From assembly GCA_047495785.1 (NCBI GenBank), contig JBLDXI010000013.1, positions 1,860,001-1,924,000 of the forward strand: a stretch of DNA of 64,000 bases, written 5' to 3'. The translations under genes and the position numbers were made by a program. Below the pieces are notes generated by a model that was not told where the DNA came from, made no database searches, and saw only the letters and a list, made by a program, of their open reading frames with translations. Below are positions 12,350-25,928 of the stretch, one piece after another (within the stretch, counting starts at the first letter, position 1; each line of letters begins with the position of its first letter). The stretch is from Lepidodermella squamata (lineage: Eukaryota; Animalia; Gastrotricha).

Positions 12350-13575
12350 ATGGCAAAGCGAAGCTCTAAAAACTTACTTGATCTGACGCGAGAGTCTGGC
12401 AATGTTCGCCGAGCCCTTCGCAGCAATCGGTAACTAAGTTCAAAAATTGTCCTAATAGTTTCCCAACGATTTTTGTTTTAATTTACACCAGGGGCCTAAC
12501 TCACGAGCTCAAAATCACCTTCCAGCACATCATCTCCGAACGAAACTTGAACGAAGTTAGTTGGAGGAATAAGGAACGGCTCATCAAGCGTCACGCAGTA
12601 CATGTTTTGGGGCCTTATCAAGACGTAATTGCTCGAATGAAAATCGAGCAACAACACAGAATGTTGATGGGAAACCAGCCGGGTATGGGTGCTTCCAGCC
12701 CACCCCGTGATCGTTCAACTTCGATTTTGCTACCAGCAATCAGCCCAACACATCGCGGTCATCGCCCTAGGTCAGCTTCGACCAGCTCAGATGGCTCTGA
12801 AGGCACTAGCGATGAAAAAGATACTAAAAGTTCCAAGCGTAGCCATCAACCGAATGCCAAATCTAGCCGAAATGCTACAGCGGTTACGACAAACGTTTCC
12901 AGCCTGGAAGATTTAACGAATTTGAAGCCGAAATTCAACCAAAAAGTAGCTACTCAACAACGCCGGGGAGCAACGACTCCTGGCAGCCCTCAAGCAGCTC
13001 GTTCGCCGCCGTTGATGATGACGGCTCGAACGTCGACTTTCTCTCCACAACGCCGCCTTTCACCTTCGCCTAATCGAGGCAGTCAAACTGTACGTTCATT
13101 AACGACCCTAGCCGCTGTTGATACTACGCATGTATCAGCTTTGGAGGAAAAACTAGACAAATTCCACATTCAACTCCTTGAGGATACTTCAAAACCGAAA
13201 TCGCCTGACGTAGGCAATCCGGCTAATAATAACCGAGAGGAGACTGATGACGAGGAAGCTACAATTGACGCGGCGAGGCTTTCACGTTTACGCAATGTAT
13301 TGATAAAATCTGTGAAAGGTGCGAGGCTTAGAACTTCGGCGCGGAAACGGCGCCAAGAGACATCAGGCACTGCTGGGCCGACCTGGCAAGCTTTGGCGGC
13401 AGCTATGCAATTCAACACTCGCTCATCGAGTTTCTATACTAATAGTCAGCCACGACAGGCCACGCGGCAACATGCGGATGCAGGCCGAGTTTTTCATCAG
13501 CGACCTTCAACGATTATGGAAGTCCCGTCGCGTGTTAGTAAGTCAGAAATGACAAGGCAAGCGACAGTAATCTGA
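12350..13575 (+). CDS. Hypothetical protein with a short helical N-terminal region and a long Ser/Thr/Arg-rich disordered tail; exons 12350-12429, 12492-13575
   Basis: A 62-nt GT-AG intron joins MAKRSSKN... in frame to a 1-kb ORF; no family recognised. Confidence 0.65.
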
Positions 13576-13861
13576 TGAAAAGTTCTGCAACTTGATATGA
13601 TGCAATTTTTAGCGATTATTAAAATTAGCTTCTCGCCCTCATTGGTAGAACCAAACGATGAGTTGTAATTTTTATTTGAAATTTTATTTGAAATCACAAA
13701 ATGCAAACGAATAAAAGCGACAACGTTAAACGATGCGCACTTTGAATACCTATTGGTCACTTTATTGCCAAGAGGACAATCCTCTTAGACGATAATTAAG
13801 AAGGATAAAGCACACCAGCATTTGTATACCTATATGTAATGGGAATGTTCCATCCAGGTAA

Positions 13862-14327
13862 ATGAAATTAGCAGCTTGTTTCCTGCTCTTTTTAGCAATT
13901 CTCTTGTCCGATTTTCGGTTTGCTGGTAAGTTTCCACTCACTTTTGTCCGATTTCACCCCTAATTTTAATTTTAAAGCCGCCATTATTTGTTTCGTTGGT
14001 GACTGCACCTTACCGTGTCTTGTCGGCGAATATGGCGAGAAAAAAGAATGCAGTGAGCCCGATGATCACTGTGCTGTAAGTAAAATTATTAGCTGAAATT
14101 TCAAAAACTTTCGCTTTCTGTAGAAAATGACGCTACACATATCTGATGGAGGCGGTAGAATATATCGATCATGCTTGACGACCTGTGGCACTTTTAACAA
14201 CATCACAGACGAATACAAGTTTTTCATGGACTGTTGCAGCAAAGATTTGTGCAACTCAGCGTTTAATAGAAAAACTAACAGTTTGATTTCTGCGTTGCCA
14301 GTTCTATTGCATTACTTGCTTTCGTAA
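13862..14327 (+). CDS. Ly6/uPAR (three-finger) domain protein, predicted GPI-anchored; exons 13862-13925, 13978-14075, 14124-14327
   Basis: Signal peptide MKLAACFLLFLAILL, 10 Cys including the CCSKDLCN signature, hydrophobic C-terminal signal. Confidence 0.85.
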
Positions 14328-14412
14328 AATAAGAGCCAATTGTCAAAACAAGCTCATTTATTTCTGTGGTTCAAAAATAATTGTGGTAAACAAAATAAAA
14401 AGCTCAAAGTCA

Positions 14413-15837
14413 TCAAGTCGACGCTTTATCAGCAAGGTCTCTCAAATCAGCAGCAGAGTAGCCAACCAATTGCTCCAGATCTACAGCGAAACAATACGTC
14501 CAGTTGGGGCTGCGTCCAGTTTTCTGGGTATCGACCCGTTTTAAAATAGATTCTTCGGTAGAATAAGATCGGAGAGCACGACCGATTGATTCAAGGGACG
14601 TGACTTTCTCAGGATGCCCACACGCTTTCGACCAAAGCGCCGCAAATTTCTTCGGGTCTGTAATTGTGAACTCACTTTTTGACACATCGCTCCATTTTAT
14701 CGAGGAAACGACTTCCTCTGTTTGACTGGGAAGAACCAAGCACTCGAGAATGAATCTCCATAGGCAAGGCTTAGTCGTTAGAGCGAGGGACGATGTACCT
14801 ATGAGAAACCATATGCAACGAGAAAACAACAGATTATCAAATCAAACCTGATTTCCTCTCGATGAATGGTAAATGATTTGAACGGATAGGTGTATCGGTA
14901 AAATGCTTTGCTGATGGTGGTAACGACACGGCTTCATTGCTTTTACCAAGAGGCCAAGGACGGAAAACACAATGCTCCTGCTTCAGCAATGATAAATGAA
15001 CAGCTAACAAATCTGACAACCGATCTTGATCTGGTGGACTGCTAGTAAATACCAGCTTGAACAGTTCTTCACGTTGAAGAGCAGATAGACCTACACCATC
15101 AAGAGAGACATCGCCCAAGCTACCAAAATTATTAGCAGTTCCTCCAGCGGAACTCCTAAATACACTTCGGGCCCATGCTAGCCAAAACCTGACATCTGCA
15201 ACAGACCATCTAGAAGGATCTAAAATGCGAAATTAAATAAGTAACCTGCTTGAACTTCGAAACTGGAGTCAATACCCTTGTGCATGCCGAGCTTCTGCTG
15301 CTCCAACGCAAACGCAACGTCTTCTTTCCATAGGTATCCATTTGATTCGTAGGCCGAGGTTCCCCCAGTACCACCAACCAGATGGGCCGGCGTCGACGAC
15401 TGAGGATCAACGTGAGAATTCGTTCGACCCGAATCATTTTCGGAAGCAAGCAGAACATCATCAAGTTCAACGGATAAGTGGCCCGCTAAAGCAATTCAAA
15501 TGAATCTTTTATCAAGCAACTTACTATAGTTTAAACGTACTATCACTAGTGATCACGCGGCACTTCACGTATACCCTTCCGAATTTAACGACACAGCTTT
15601 CATCAAGCGTGAGTGAATTGGGTAACTGAGGATAAATCAGTTATAAAGAAAGAAGGAAAGCAGAAAAATACACGAAACCTCATTGCCTTTAAGGTAAACT
15701 GGAGTGGACGAAGAGATTTTGCGGGTAAACAATAGCTGAGATAACAATTCTTTCAGATAGCCGATTGGTTGAGTTATATCCATTTCAACGTACAAATAAT
15801 CACCATCAACGTTATCAATCAATGGAACTCCGGCCAT
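14413..15837 (-). CDS. GABPA: GABP-alpha/Ets97D-like ETS transcription factor (GABP-alpha N domain + PNT + divergent ETS); 5 exons
   Basis: MDITQPIGYLKELLS (GABP-alpha N domain); WKEDVAFALEQQKLG..DPSRWSVADVRFWLAW (pointed domain); LWRFILECL..IKW..EFTITDP..GRALRSY (ETS). Confidence 0.75.
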
Positions 15838-16807
15838 TTGTCACTTCTTGCACAAAAATATATCAAAACTTAGCTATATAACATGGGAGACAATCAGGCA
15901 CGATGCATGGATTAAAATAATAAGAAAGCGGAAAGTGGCATACTTCGTCGAAATGTTTCCTTCAGTAAGCTGTGACCTGCGACTGGTCAGCTAAATCAGA
16001 GTAATGCTTTCAAGAACATTAGTACCTTTTACTGCAAACGAAATTGGCCCCTGACCTTAGCGGTTTTCAACCGCAATTTAAATAGGCTTAGACCTTACAC
16101 TGAAAAGAGATGAGATAGCCCGAGAGCAGTAACTTTTTAGTGAACTGCCTCTGTCCTCAGTAGGATCAAGGATTGTTAAGATTGGATTGTTAAGATTGGA
16201 TAAAATGCTTAGGTAGCAGAAGGTATTGCTCGCCTTGAAGCGTAAAGCAAACGTTAGTCTCAAATTAGGCCAACCGGGGCAGAAACTTCAAATCCTCTAT
16301 CTCAGAAAATTTAATATTCAATCGCAGATATCGATATTGGGGCAGAAACTTGCTTGAGGAGCAGTTTTCCAGCGGCCCGCCTTAGAATTCCAACACTTCT
16401 CAACACTTTTGACTTCGCGGTCAATTTCAAATATTCAGTTTCACGTCATTTATTATTTTAATTTTTAAATTATGTTCAATTCAAGAAATATTTAATATCA
16501 CAAAAAATATTTGTTTTAGCTCGTGATTTTTTTAAGTCGATACGGCAATTCGAGAATGTTTACAGCATTTCGACCAATCAGCGAAGGCGTAGTCTTGGCC
16601 TGTCATATAAAGCTCACTTTTTCGCCCACTTTCATCAGTACGCTGGTTTATTTTCTGACGAAAAGAAGACGGACAAACCTGCTGATCCTCGAAGCTATAA
16701 TATTAAATACAAATTTGTATTATAGCAACGGTTTGAATTGTGCATTGCATCGGGCAAGTAATATTGGCAAAAGAATCAACGCATTGTCGCGAAATTAGGC
16801 AATCATA

Positions 16808-19395
16808 ATGTCGACGCCAGATAGCGCTGTGACGCTAATAAAAGACATCAGGCCAGGGCTTCGTCAACTGACCTCTGACTTCATCGTCTTGGATATCTGT
16901 AAATACAATTTCCATTATTCGTGCACATAAAAATAGTAGAGCTAACGGAGTCAAAGTTTACTCGGTTATCACGCGCCAATTTTTTGCACCAAAATTTAAT
17001 TCGGTAATACCGTCGAAAAGATGGCTATCATCAATTTAAGGCAAATAAGAAAATACTAATTCTGCATCGAATATACCCCCCTTATGCGTTATGCCAAAAT
17101 TTGGGCCTTATGGTTGTTAACGCGCGCGCAAGATAGCAATATTACTATAGATTTAGTCAGTACGATTGCAATTTTGACGGCTGGGTGCGAGGATGTAGAG
17201 ATAATCGATGTTTTGAGCTAGCCCTTATCTTCTGACTATATGCGCCGTGAAACAGTTTTTTCTCTAGTCGTAACCAACTTAGCGGCAATGCGGCGCCTGT
17301 CGATTCATGCGAGCTCGTAATTCAGGTATGGAGAATTTTTGGACGTGAAACCGATCTCGATTGCTGCCAACAGCTGACGCTTGATTAAAAAATAATCAAG
17401 GCCGAAAATCGATACGAATCACGTCGAAGATTGGTTGGACTATCGATAGCAGTTGCAGAAAATCGATTGACTTTTATCGACATCAACTTGGTGCATGGCT
17501 CTCACGTTTTAGTATCGACTAGAATGCGGTGGTGAACATGTGATGATAATTCTGCAATTTTGTTGTTCACATGATATGTGTAACATACAAATACGCGATG
17601 TTACGTCATTCCACTTCAGAAGCGGGTTTCTTCGATCGGTTGTAGGTGTCGGCCTAAAAAAGAGCGATTTTCCTGCGAGTTCTACATAAAACTCCTGCAC
17701 GCGTTTGTATGTGGACCAGTTTGAGGTAGCGATAAATCATGTTTTCCTAAACTATCGATTTTTTTCTTGCCAGTTGCGTTAATATTTTTTATATGCTCGT
17801 GCGAGCGTAAAAAGCGTGCTGACTTTTCGGTTTTACACACGCGAACAGCCCCGTGCTATTTTTATACCGATGATTCATCTCATACGTACGGTATAATAAT
17901 AGATTTCCTCTCCGACTTACGTAGAGTTTCTTGTTATATTCAAAAATAATGGTAGCCTTAACGCATCGACAGTAGCTAATAGTTGCATTTCGTGCTGCGC
18001 GGAAGTAAGCAAGAAGTTGAGTTAAAAAATGGCGAATGAAATCCCAATTAATATCGTAGCTAATTTTTATTTCGTCTTGGTTTATTTCGGCTGTAAGGTG
18101 AATTGAAGGGTTCTTTTACTAACATAATTTGCTTCCATCAAACCAAAATTAATTGGCGCGTGACCGAGTAAATCTTGAAGAAAGCGATTTACACATACTT
18201 TGAATTTACAGCAGAACTTTACTTATAGTCATTCCTTATTTGCAGATCAAACCTTCAAAACTAAAGAGGGGAAAGATGTAGCTACTATCAAAGTAGCCGA
18301 CGCGACCGGATCAATAAATGTTGTCCTGTACGGGGATTACGTTTCTGCTTTACAACCCAGTGATGTTCTTCGAATGACCTACGGGTACGCATTTTTCACT
18401 CAATCGATTAATTTAACTTTAAATTGTCAAATTGAAATTCTTGAAATTTAACTTGAAATTCTTCATTCACGTAAACAGATATGCTGTAGTGAACAAAGGC
18501 GCTATGTGTTTGTACATGGCTAAACATGGATCACTGACGAAAATCGGAGAGTGAGTTAAACTTGAAAAAAATCGATTAATCGATTTATTGATTTTCAATT
18601 TGAATCCTTAGATTTTGCTTCCTTTTTTCGGAATTACCCAACATGAGCGATCCTAATGCGGGTTTTTTGAGTGATTTCTCTCAGCAACAGCAGCAGGTAT
18701 TTATAATTTATTTTAATCAATTCTGTAAACTGTGAAATATTCTCTAGCAAAATGGCCGAGGCAATTCTCCACCTTCTATGGATATGCCACCCGAGCCTAT
18801 TGGTCACCCCGGCTTTGGCCCCGGTCAACCAGGTCGTCAACAACCCGGTGCTCATTATCCCCCACATCAAAATGCTCCCTGGCCCCAGCAACCCGGTTCA
18901 TACTCCGCGCCACCTATGCCACCAATTGACCCAACTAATCGTCTTCAGCCTCCAACTTTCGATCTTACTTCGGGTCGAACTGGGGTTGAGTCTCCACCTC
19001 ATTCTGGTAATTTCTCATTTTTTTGAGTATCTTTCATGTTATAAAATCATTTTTCTCTACTTTCAGCGAGTTCGCCTCCTCCATCTGACCAGCCTTTGTC
19101 TGGCCCTCGAGTTATCCCTGCTCAAAGTTCTTTCCCTCCCGTCAGCGCTGCGCCTCCTGTATCGTCTGGTCCAGTGGATCCTCGAGCGAGTCGAGGCGGA
19201 CAGAACCGATATCATCCGTACCAACAACAACAATCGCAACCGCAGCAACGGCAACCTCTGCAACCGATCGGCTCGGGCCCGAGTGGCGGCGTGAAAGTGC
19301 CGCCTCAAGCTCCTCAATCGCGTTCTTTCAATGGTCCTCCTCAAAATTCCCGAGCCCCAGTTGCATACCGTCAAGCCCCTGGTGTTCGCCGATAA
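16808..19395 (+). CDS. NABP2: SOSS complex subunit B (OB-fold ssDNA-binding protein) with Pro/Gln-rich tail; intron 1 = 16899-18245
   Basis: IKDIRPG..FIVLDI|YQTFKTKEGKDVATIKVADATGSINV...KIGEFCFLFSELPNMSDPN matches the hSSB1/2 family. Confidence 0.88.
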
Positions 19396-20454
19396 AATGA
19401 AAGAAAAAAGCCGAAAAAAGATCTGGAGAAATGAAAAGATGGAAATTAAGGTGCAGAAATTGATTATAAAATGGCGTTCTCAATCCCGAGTTGTCACACA
19501 CGATGAATTTCGCTGCCAAGGGATGTTTCTCAACACTGCGTTCTCTTTATTCATGTTTTCCTTTGTAAATTTTTTCGCATGTATTATTTCGCGCTGTAAT
19601 GGATAATATCAGTAGTATTATATTATACAGTACTTCCATCGCGAGACGCAGCTTGAGAAAGCCCGTTTGTTCACGCGGCGGGTGTAGGTTTATGCGGATC
19701 TTCTGCTCGGCCGACGAGACAAACAACAGCTCGTTTTGTGTGTGTTATGCGTTGAGATTGGTCATTTTATTCAACTTCTACAATAATTAACCATTTGGTG
19801 TATCATACAAAGATGAAAAAATATAAAAATTATACGGCAGTGGCAATGGAAGAACTATGACGGTTGCTTGTAGCGAAACCGGTCGCAAGAACGGGTGAAC
19901 CCTTACTTCGTTTTCTACTTACGAGACCGCATGAACCTTTCGTCTCCATCTGTTTTTCACGTCGGAAAATCCGGCGATGTTCCTCCTCATTTGCTTTGTT
20001 ATAGCATTGAATTAGCATTTTCAAATTGCAAAGAAAAATTGATGAAGAGAAATATTATGTAAATGTTATATATATGGGAAGAAAAATGAAAACCGCAAAT
20101 GATGAAACTGAGTTTTTCACTTTTAAGATGACAAAAGTCACTGGTGTTCGAAAGTCGCAGAACTTGATATCCGGGAAAAACGCAGCGGAATCTTTGAATG
20201 AGTTGATTGAAAAAACAACATTTTTTATGGTCACGCGGTTTTTATTGATTTTTGTCAGCTATCGTTATCACCTGATGTCACTTGTAAAATATATCAGCAG
20301 CGGAAAACACAATAACGGAAAGATGAAGAGAGAAAGCAAAAATACTTAGCGCAACACCGCATCAGGGTTTTTTGGTAATGGGAACTTGAGACATGATTTC
20401 CACTCGCACGCACTGCACAAATAACGAAGTGTCTTCCTTCGAGTTACATTTGTT

Positions 20455-21903
20455 TCACTTTTTGCCACTCGAGGGCGTGTTGAATTTGTAGAACATAATA
20501 TCGCCATCCTCGACAATGTATTCGCGGCCCTTCTGCATGTACTTGCCGGAAGCCTTGCACGCAGCTTCTGAACCAGCCTCCTTAAAGTCGGTGAACTTCA
20601 TCACTTCAGCCATAATGAAGCCCTTTTCCATATCGGAGTGGACGCGGCCAGCGGCTTGAGGGGCCTTGGTGCCCTTCTGAATAGTCCATGCTCTTACTTC
20701 ATCGTGACCAGCGGTGAAGAAATACTCGAGATTGAGTGCCTTATAACCGTTAACAACAATTTTCGCCAGGGCACTGGGATGATGGATGAAAATTAAAAAA
20801 TCGCTTCGGAATGCAATAAATAAGACTAACCTGGTTATGCCATTCTCTTTCAGGTAGCGCTCTTGCTCGTCCTCCGGCATATCCATCAATTTGAGCTCGA
20901 GATCGGCCGAGAACGGGATGAGCATAGCACCTGGGTCGTTCTTATCGATCCACTCCTTGACCTTAGGCAGCCACTTGTTTTTCTTTCGCTTGTAGTCCTC
21001 TTCAGACATGTTGCACAGATAGACAACGGGCTTTGCGGTCAAAAATAAGTGCTGATTGAGAACTTCGACTTCTTTCGGGTCCCATTCAGCAAATTTGACC
21101 CAGCGATTTTCTTCGGTCAACGTTTTACGCACCTTGGAAAGAACTTCCTGCGAATATAATAAAGAATTATGAAACAATAAAAAATAATGCGAATCTTACG
21201 TAATCGAATTTCTTGGACTTATCGTTGCCTCGAACAACAGCTCGCTCGATAGGCTCAATAGTTTTGGTTAGCATTTCAATATCTTTCTTCATCAGCTCAT
21301 CGTAGATGATGCCCAAATCACGCACAGCATCGACATCACCTTCAACGTGAATAACGTCCTCGTTCTAAAAAAAAATTGATTACGATAAAATTTGATGAAG
21401 AAATCCAGGGCTTACATCGAAAATTCGAATCATATGGAAAATGGCATCGCACGCGCTGATATGGGACAAGAACGCGTTGCCGAGACCTTTCCCCTCGTGA
21501 GCACCTTTGACAAGACCGGCAATATCGGTAACGTTCAAAAACGCTGGCGTGCGTTTCGCAGGCTTCCAGTGTTCGCATAAATAGTCAAACCGTTCATCCG
21601 GAACAGGGCATCGGCCTAGAAAAAAATTAAAATTAAAATTTTAATAGATTTATCAAGTAGCCTACTTACTTTCATTAGGGTCGATGGTGCAAAATGGAAA
21701 GTTCTCGGCTTGAGCTTGGCTCTTCGTCAAACAATTGAAGAAGGTCGATTTTCTGTGAAATGGAAAGTTTGCAAAAGAATTCACGGAATGAGAGGTTAAG
21801 ATTACCCGACGTTCGGAAGGCCGACGATACCCGCCTTAAGGTTGGTACCCATGCGACCCATCAACACGACCTTCACCGGCTCTTCCTTCTTCTTAGGCGG
21901 CAT
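20455..21903 (-). CDS. OLA1: Obg-like ATPase 1 (YchF family), multi-exon
   Basis: [45 protein letters not shown]; C-terminal TGS region ([23 protein letters not shown]). Confidence 0.95.
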
Positions 21904-22322
21904 TTTGAGCAATAAATTGTTAGACTAATAGCCTATACAAAACATGACGATAAAAACACTTATTACGGTGGACGCGGCTAGCCCATAGCAAAATAAAACA
22001 ACAAAAATACTCCGCTCGATTTTCTTATCATCGTTCCATTACGCTGTAACGCGATAAAAAACTGTACTTAAGAAACTTTTTACTTTTATTATTGCGTAAT
22101 AAGGTCAAATTGAAGATAAAATTTGCAAATGCGTCAACTGAAAGCTTCCTGCGCTCTCGATCAAAATTTTACTAGAATAAATCACGCCTATAGTAATCGC
22201 AAGCTTTTTGTCCAACAATAGGAGCCGATTTTTTTATTGGCTATCGGCTGAAATAAAAACAAGATCACAACGTTCGCAGCCGCGTAAGCGCACGTTGGGA
22301 ATTTCGCTACCCAATCGTTGTC

Positions 22323-25182
22323 TCAGAATGAATCCATCGGCTCGTCGCTGTTAGCCAATGTCGCATTGTAGTATACGCCGTTGTTCGACAAAACAGTTGC
22401 TGCCTGGTAGTTGGTGTTGTTCGACGGGGCAGTGTAGACTGGTGGCGGGGCCATAGGTGTTACTCCATACTCGTCTTGAGACGGAGGCATAGCCAAATAC
22501 GGCATAGATGGCACGGTCGGCATAGGCTTAACGTGAGGTTGATGTAGCTGCTTCTCAGGGTCTTCCTTTTCCGGTTTCGCTTCTTTCTGCTCGATTTCTT
22601 CGACGTAGACGTAGAAGTACGCCATGATGGCTAAAATCACAGTGACCACAACCATGAGTCCGCCAAACAGGAAAAACTCGACGGCCTTGTCTGGAATTTT
22701 GATCTCAATGACGATCAAATCGATTAAATTACCGAACGAAGCGGTCAACAGCCAACCAGCGGTGAGAATTGACTTCATAGAAGCCGGCGCCTGGGGAAAA
22801 AATAGGGGAAAAGTTTGAGACTGCCGTAATTTTAATCACTTTTCTAACCTGGGAGAAAGCAAATGATAGACCGGTGATGGAGAACAAAATTTCAGCACAG
22901 GTGATGATGAAGTAGGGAATAGCTTGGAGGAACATCGACTCTGAGTTCGGTTTCTTGTCCACGAGCAATTCAACATCAAAGCCAAGAGCATTCGTGCTAG
23001 GTACCAAGAACGCAGTATAGGCACCACCTTGTAATAGGTAAAGATCTTTTTCGATGATGACTGCCAGCTCAGGTTTTGACGTATCTAAGCCAGGTGCCCA
23101 AAAACCGATGTGGTAATATTGAGACGGTGTTGTACCGGTGGTGAAATTTCGCTCGATCTCCCCGTTTGCCGATGGCATAAATTGCCCGCCCATCTCAGAT
23201 TTTCCCTTGAAAAACGCCATTTTCGCAACTCGAGTGGGTGGCAATGATGTGTAACTCGACATCAAAATTTGGTATAAATGCTCATTTTGCGGCTGTCCGT
23301 CTGAAGCGCTCAATGGAAATCCATTAGTGCTGTCAACTTGAGAAACCTTCATATCTTTGTCGAAGAAAATCGACAAAATTGGATTGCCTTCTACTAAAGT
23401 AACATCGAAAGGAATTTCAGGATAATTGGAACCGCCGTTACACTCGATGTTAATGAACCTGATTGTTTCATTTTTCAAAGTGCCGGGTTCCATGTAGAAA
23501 GTATCGTATGGCTTGAGCTTTTCAACCAACCATTCGCCGTCCTTCATTACGCCGAAATTGCATGATGGGTTGGTATTGAAAATGCGACCGCGGTACGTTT
23601 CCAAATTTTTCAGCTCCATAACATCATTTCCGTTTTGAACACCGAGTTGGATGAAACCGATAACGCCGAAGGAAACAGCGGCCAAGAGGCAACCGGCAAC
23701 CATTCGCTGCAAGGGTTTAACCAGCAAATTGCACTTCTTGAACAACGGATAGACAGCTGCGTCGAAAATCGGGACGAAACAAACGACCATCAACCCGTTG
23801 AGAATTTGAATCTGCTCAGGCTCCAAATGCCAGTCGAGGAAATCGATGTAGCCGTTCATTTTCTGGGCCTGGTAAACCCAACGTGATCCGGTTTGGTCGA
23901 AAAGAGCCCAGAAAAATGGCAGAGGCAGGTAGAGAACCAAAACTCGAAGTACAGCTTTGCAGTCATTCACAAACTCTTGCTGTAAGAAAAAAATTTAAAA
24001 ATTTCAGATCGTAATTTTTCTTCATTTCCCCGAATTTATCGAATTTTGTTCGAATGTCATTTTTCTACGGAAAATTAGTCATTGAAGGTGTTTGATCAGC
24101 TGCTTTAGCATACGAGTGGTAACGAAAAGTCAATACAACACGCAGGGAGAATTTTCTAGAGATTAAAACTAACTGAGAAGTCGGGAACAGCGCGATCGAG
24201 CCAGTGGTCGACTTTCTTTTTGTTACTACTGCAGCTTCTTCCGATCGCTTTGCCGACCGCAACACTCATTTCCAGCGCAACATTGCCAGTTACGGGAGCT
24301 TTCGTGTAAAACGGCGTTCCAATCAAAAACAGAACCAACGCGACGACCATCAAGGCAGCAGGCAGCCCAAACGCTAGCACCCAACATTCTTCCTCGCCAA
24401 AGCAAGGCGTCGCTATAAAAAAAAGATCCAGCTAATAAAAATCCACCTCAATAGAATATGTAGCACAAACATTTGATGATAGGCGTAACAAATTGTGAAA
24501 TAAGGGCACCGGCATTGATGGAGATGTAAAACATGGAGAAGAAAGACTTCTGCATATTTGTTTGCGTTGGTCCAAATTGATCGGCTCCGAATGACGAAAC
24601 GCACGGTTTTATGCCGCCCGTTCCTATCGCTATAGTGAACATGCCTATTAACGCGCCTTCAAATGACCCGCTCCCTAACGCAGTTGTAGCCATGACGATA
24701 TTTCCAATGACGTAAACGATTGACAGGCTGAAAATAGTCCAGTAGCGACCGATGAAAGAGTCGGCTAAAATAGCACCAGGTAGAGGCATGAAGTAGGAGA
24801 CGATGGCAAACGCGTGGTACAGAGAAGCTGCTTCGTCTTCGCCTCGCCTCAGCCTGATTAAAAAATATATTAGTCAAGAAACAATTTATTTGCCAAAATT
24901 ACTTGATCATCAGGTAAGTCTGGAGGACGGCTTTCATGCCATAATAGCAGAATCGTTCGCAAAACTCGTTACTGATGATGAAAAACACTCGCTTCGGATA
25001 TTCCGGCTGGCATATTTCGATGCCACCGCACTAAAATTGTCAAAAATTAAGGTAATAAGATCAAATCGAATCCTGTGTTACTTACCCTTCCTTTAGTCTT
25101 TTCATCTGATGATCGGGAAAAAAGAGATTTTCGAGGCTGTTACATAACATTAATCATCATTCTCACCTTTTTCGCCGCTCAT
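22323..25182 (-). CDS. SLC15/PEPT1-2-like proton-coupled oligopeptide transporter, copy A
   Basis: NEFCERFCYYGMKA (ExxERFxYY), GTGGIKPCVSSFGADQF, FWALFDQTGSRW, EILFSITGLSFAFSQAPASMKS; large extracellular domain. Confidence 0.92.
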
Positions 25183-25928
25183 TTTCGCGCAGCGGTGACC
25201 AAACTACCGATTTTGCTCTACTCACTTGACCCGGAACAGTGCGATAAAAAACGCAATTGTGATGCGAAATGAAATGCGAATACTGACAAGCGCGGCGTGT
25301 GAATGCAACTGAGAATGGGCGCGCGGCAATGCTAAAATGCGTGCGATATCGGGGTGACTTCGCCTTATAGACATTATCAGGCTGAAAACGCCCTACATAG
25401 CAATTAGAATAAGTCGCCGCCGCGCGGAATTGGCTCATGCTTATCACCGTTACGGAAGAAAAATTTCAACCCGTGTTTGCACGAACTTGACAAAACACCG
25501 TCGTTTCCGGTTCTTCCGGCTGTTTAACGGAAAATAGATGAGCGAAGTAGCTGAAATAGATAAAACAGAAGCATTCGGTCCAAAGATAAGCTCGAAGATA
25601 TGATCAATCATCACCGCCGCGCCTAAACAATTTTGACCTGCCAAAGTAAACTATCCATTAGGACATGACGTCACATGTGTCAAAATTAACCGCCGCTAAT
25701 GAGTTTATTGAGATAATAATACTTCTCTTAATTGCACAATGAAGTTTGGCGTTTACACGTTTGACACGGAATTAAGCTGAAAGAATAAAAGCATATGGAA
25801 GCAGATTTTGCCAGGGAAGATCAATATTTGTCACAACTCAGTAATAAAAGCTTAATAAATGGTAAAATGCTTGGTAAAATATTCAAAATAAGTATTGCTT
25901 TTCAGATCGGTCAACAAGTAAAAATTAT

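Noticed and set aside
16170-16352. Short direct repeats (GATTGTTAAGATTG x2, GGGGCAGAAACTT x2)
   Set aside because: Only two copies each; consistent with slippage or a decayed repeat. Not a CRISPR-like array.
17321-17345. CAGGTATG followed by AATTTTTGG (Sm-site-like), suggesting an SL RNA or snRNA
   Set aside because: No convincing stem-loops. A strong upstream acceptor explains the donor better as a cassette exon boundary.
18752-19374. 180-aa plus-strand and 103-aa minus-strand ORFs over the NABP tail
   Set aside because: Alternative frames of Pro/Gln-rich exons; one reads through an intron.
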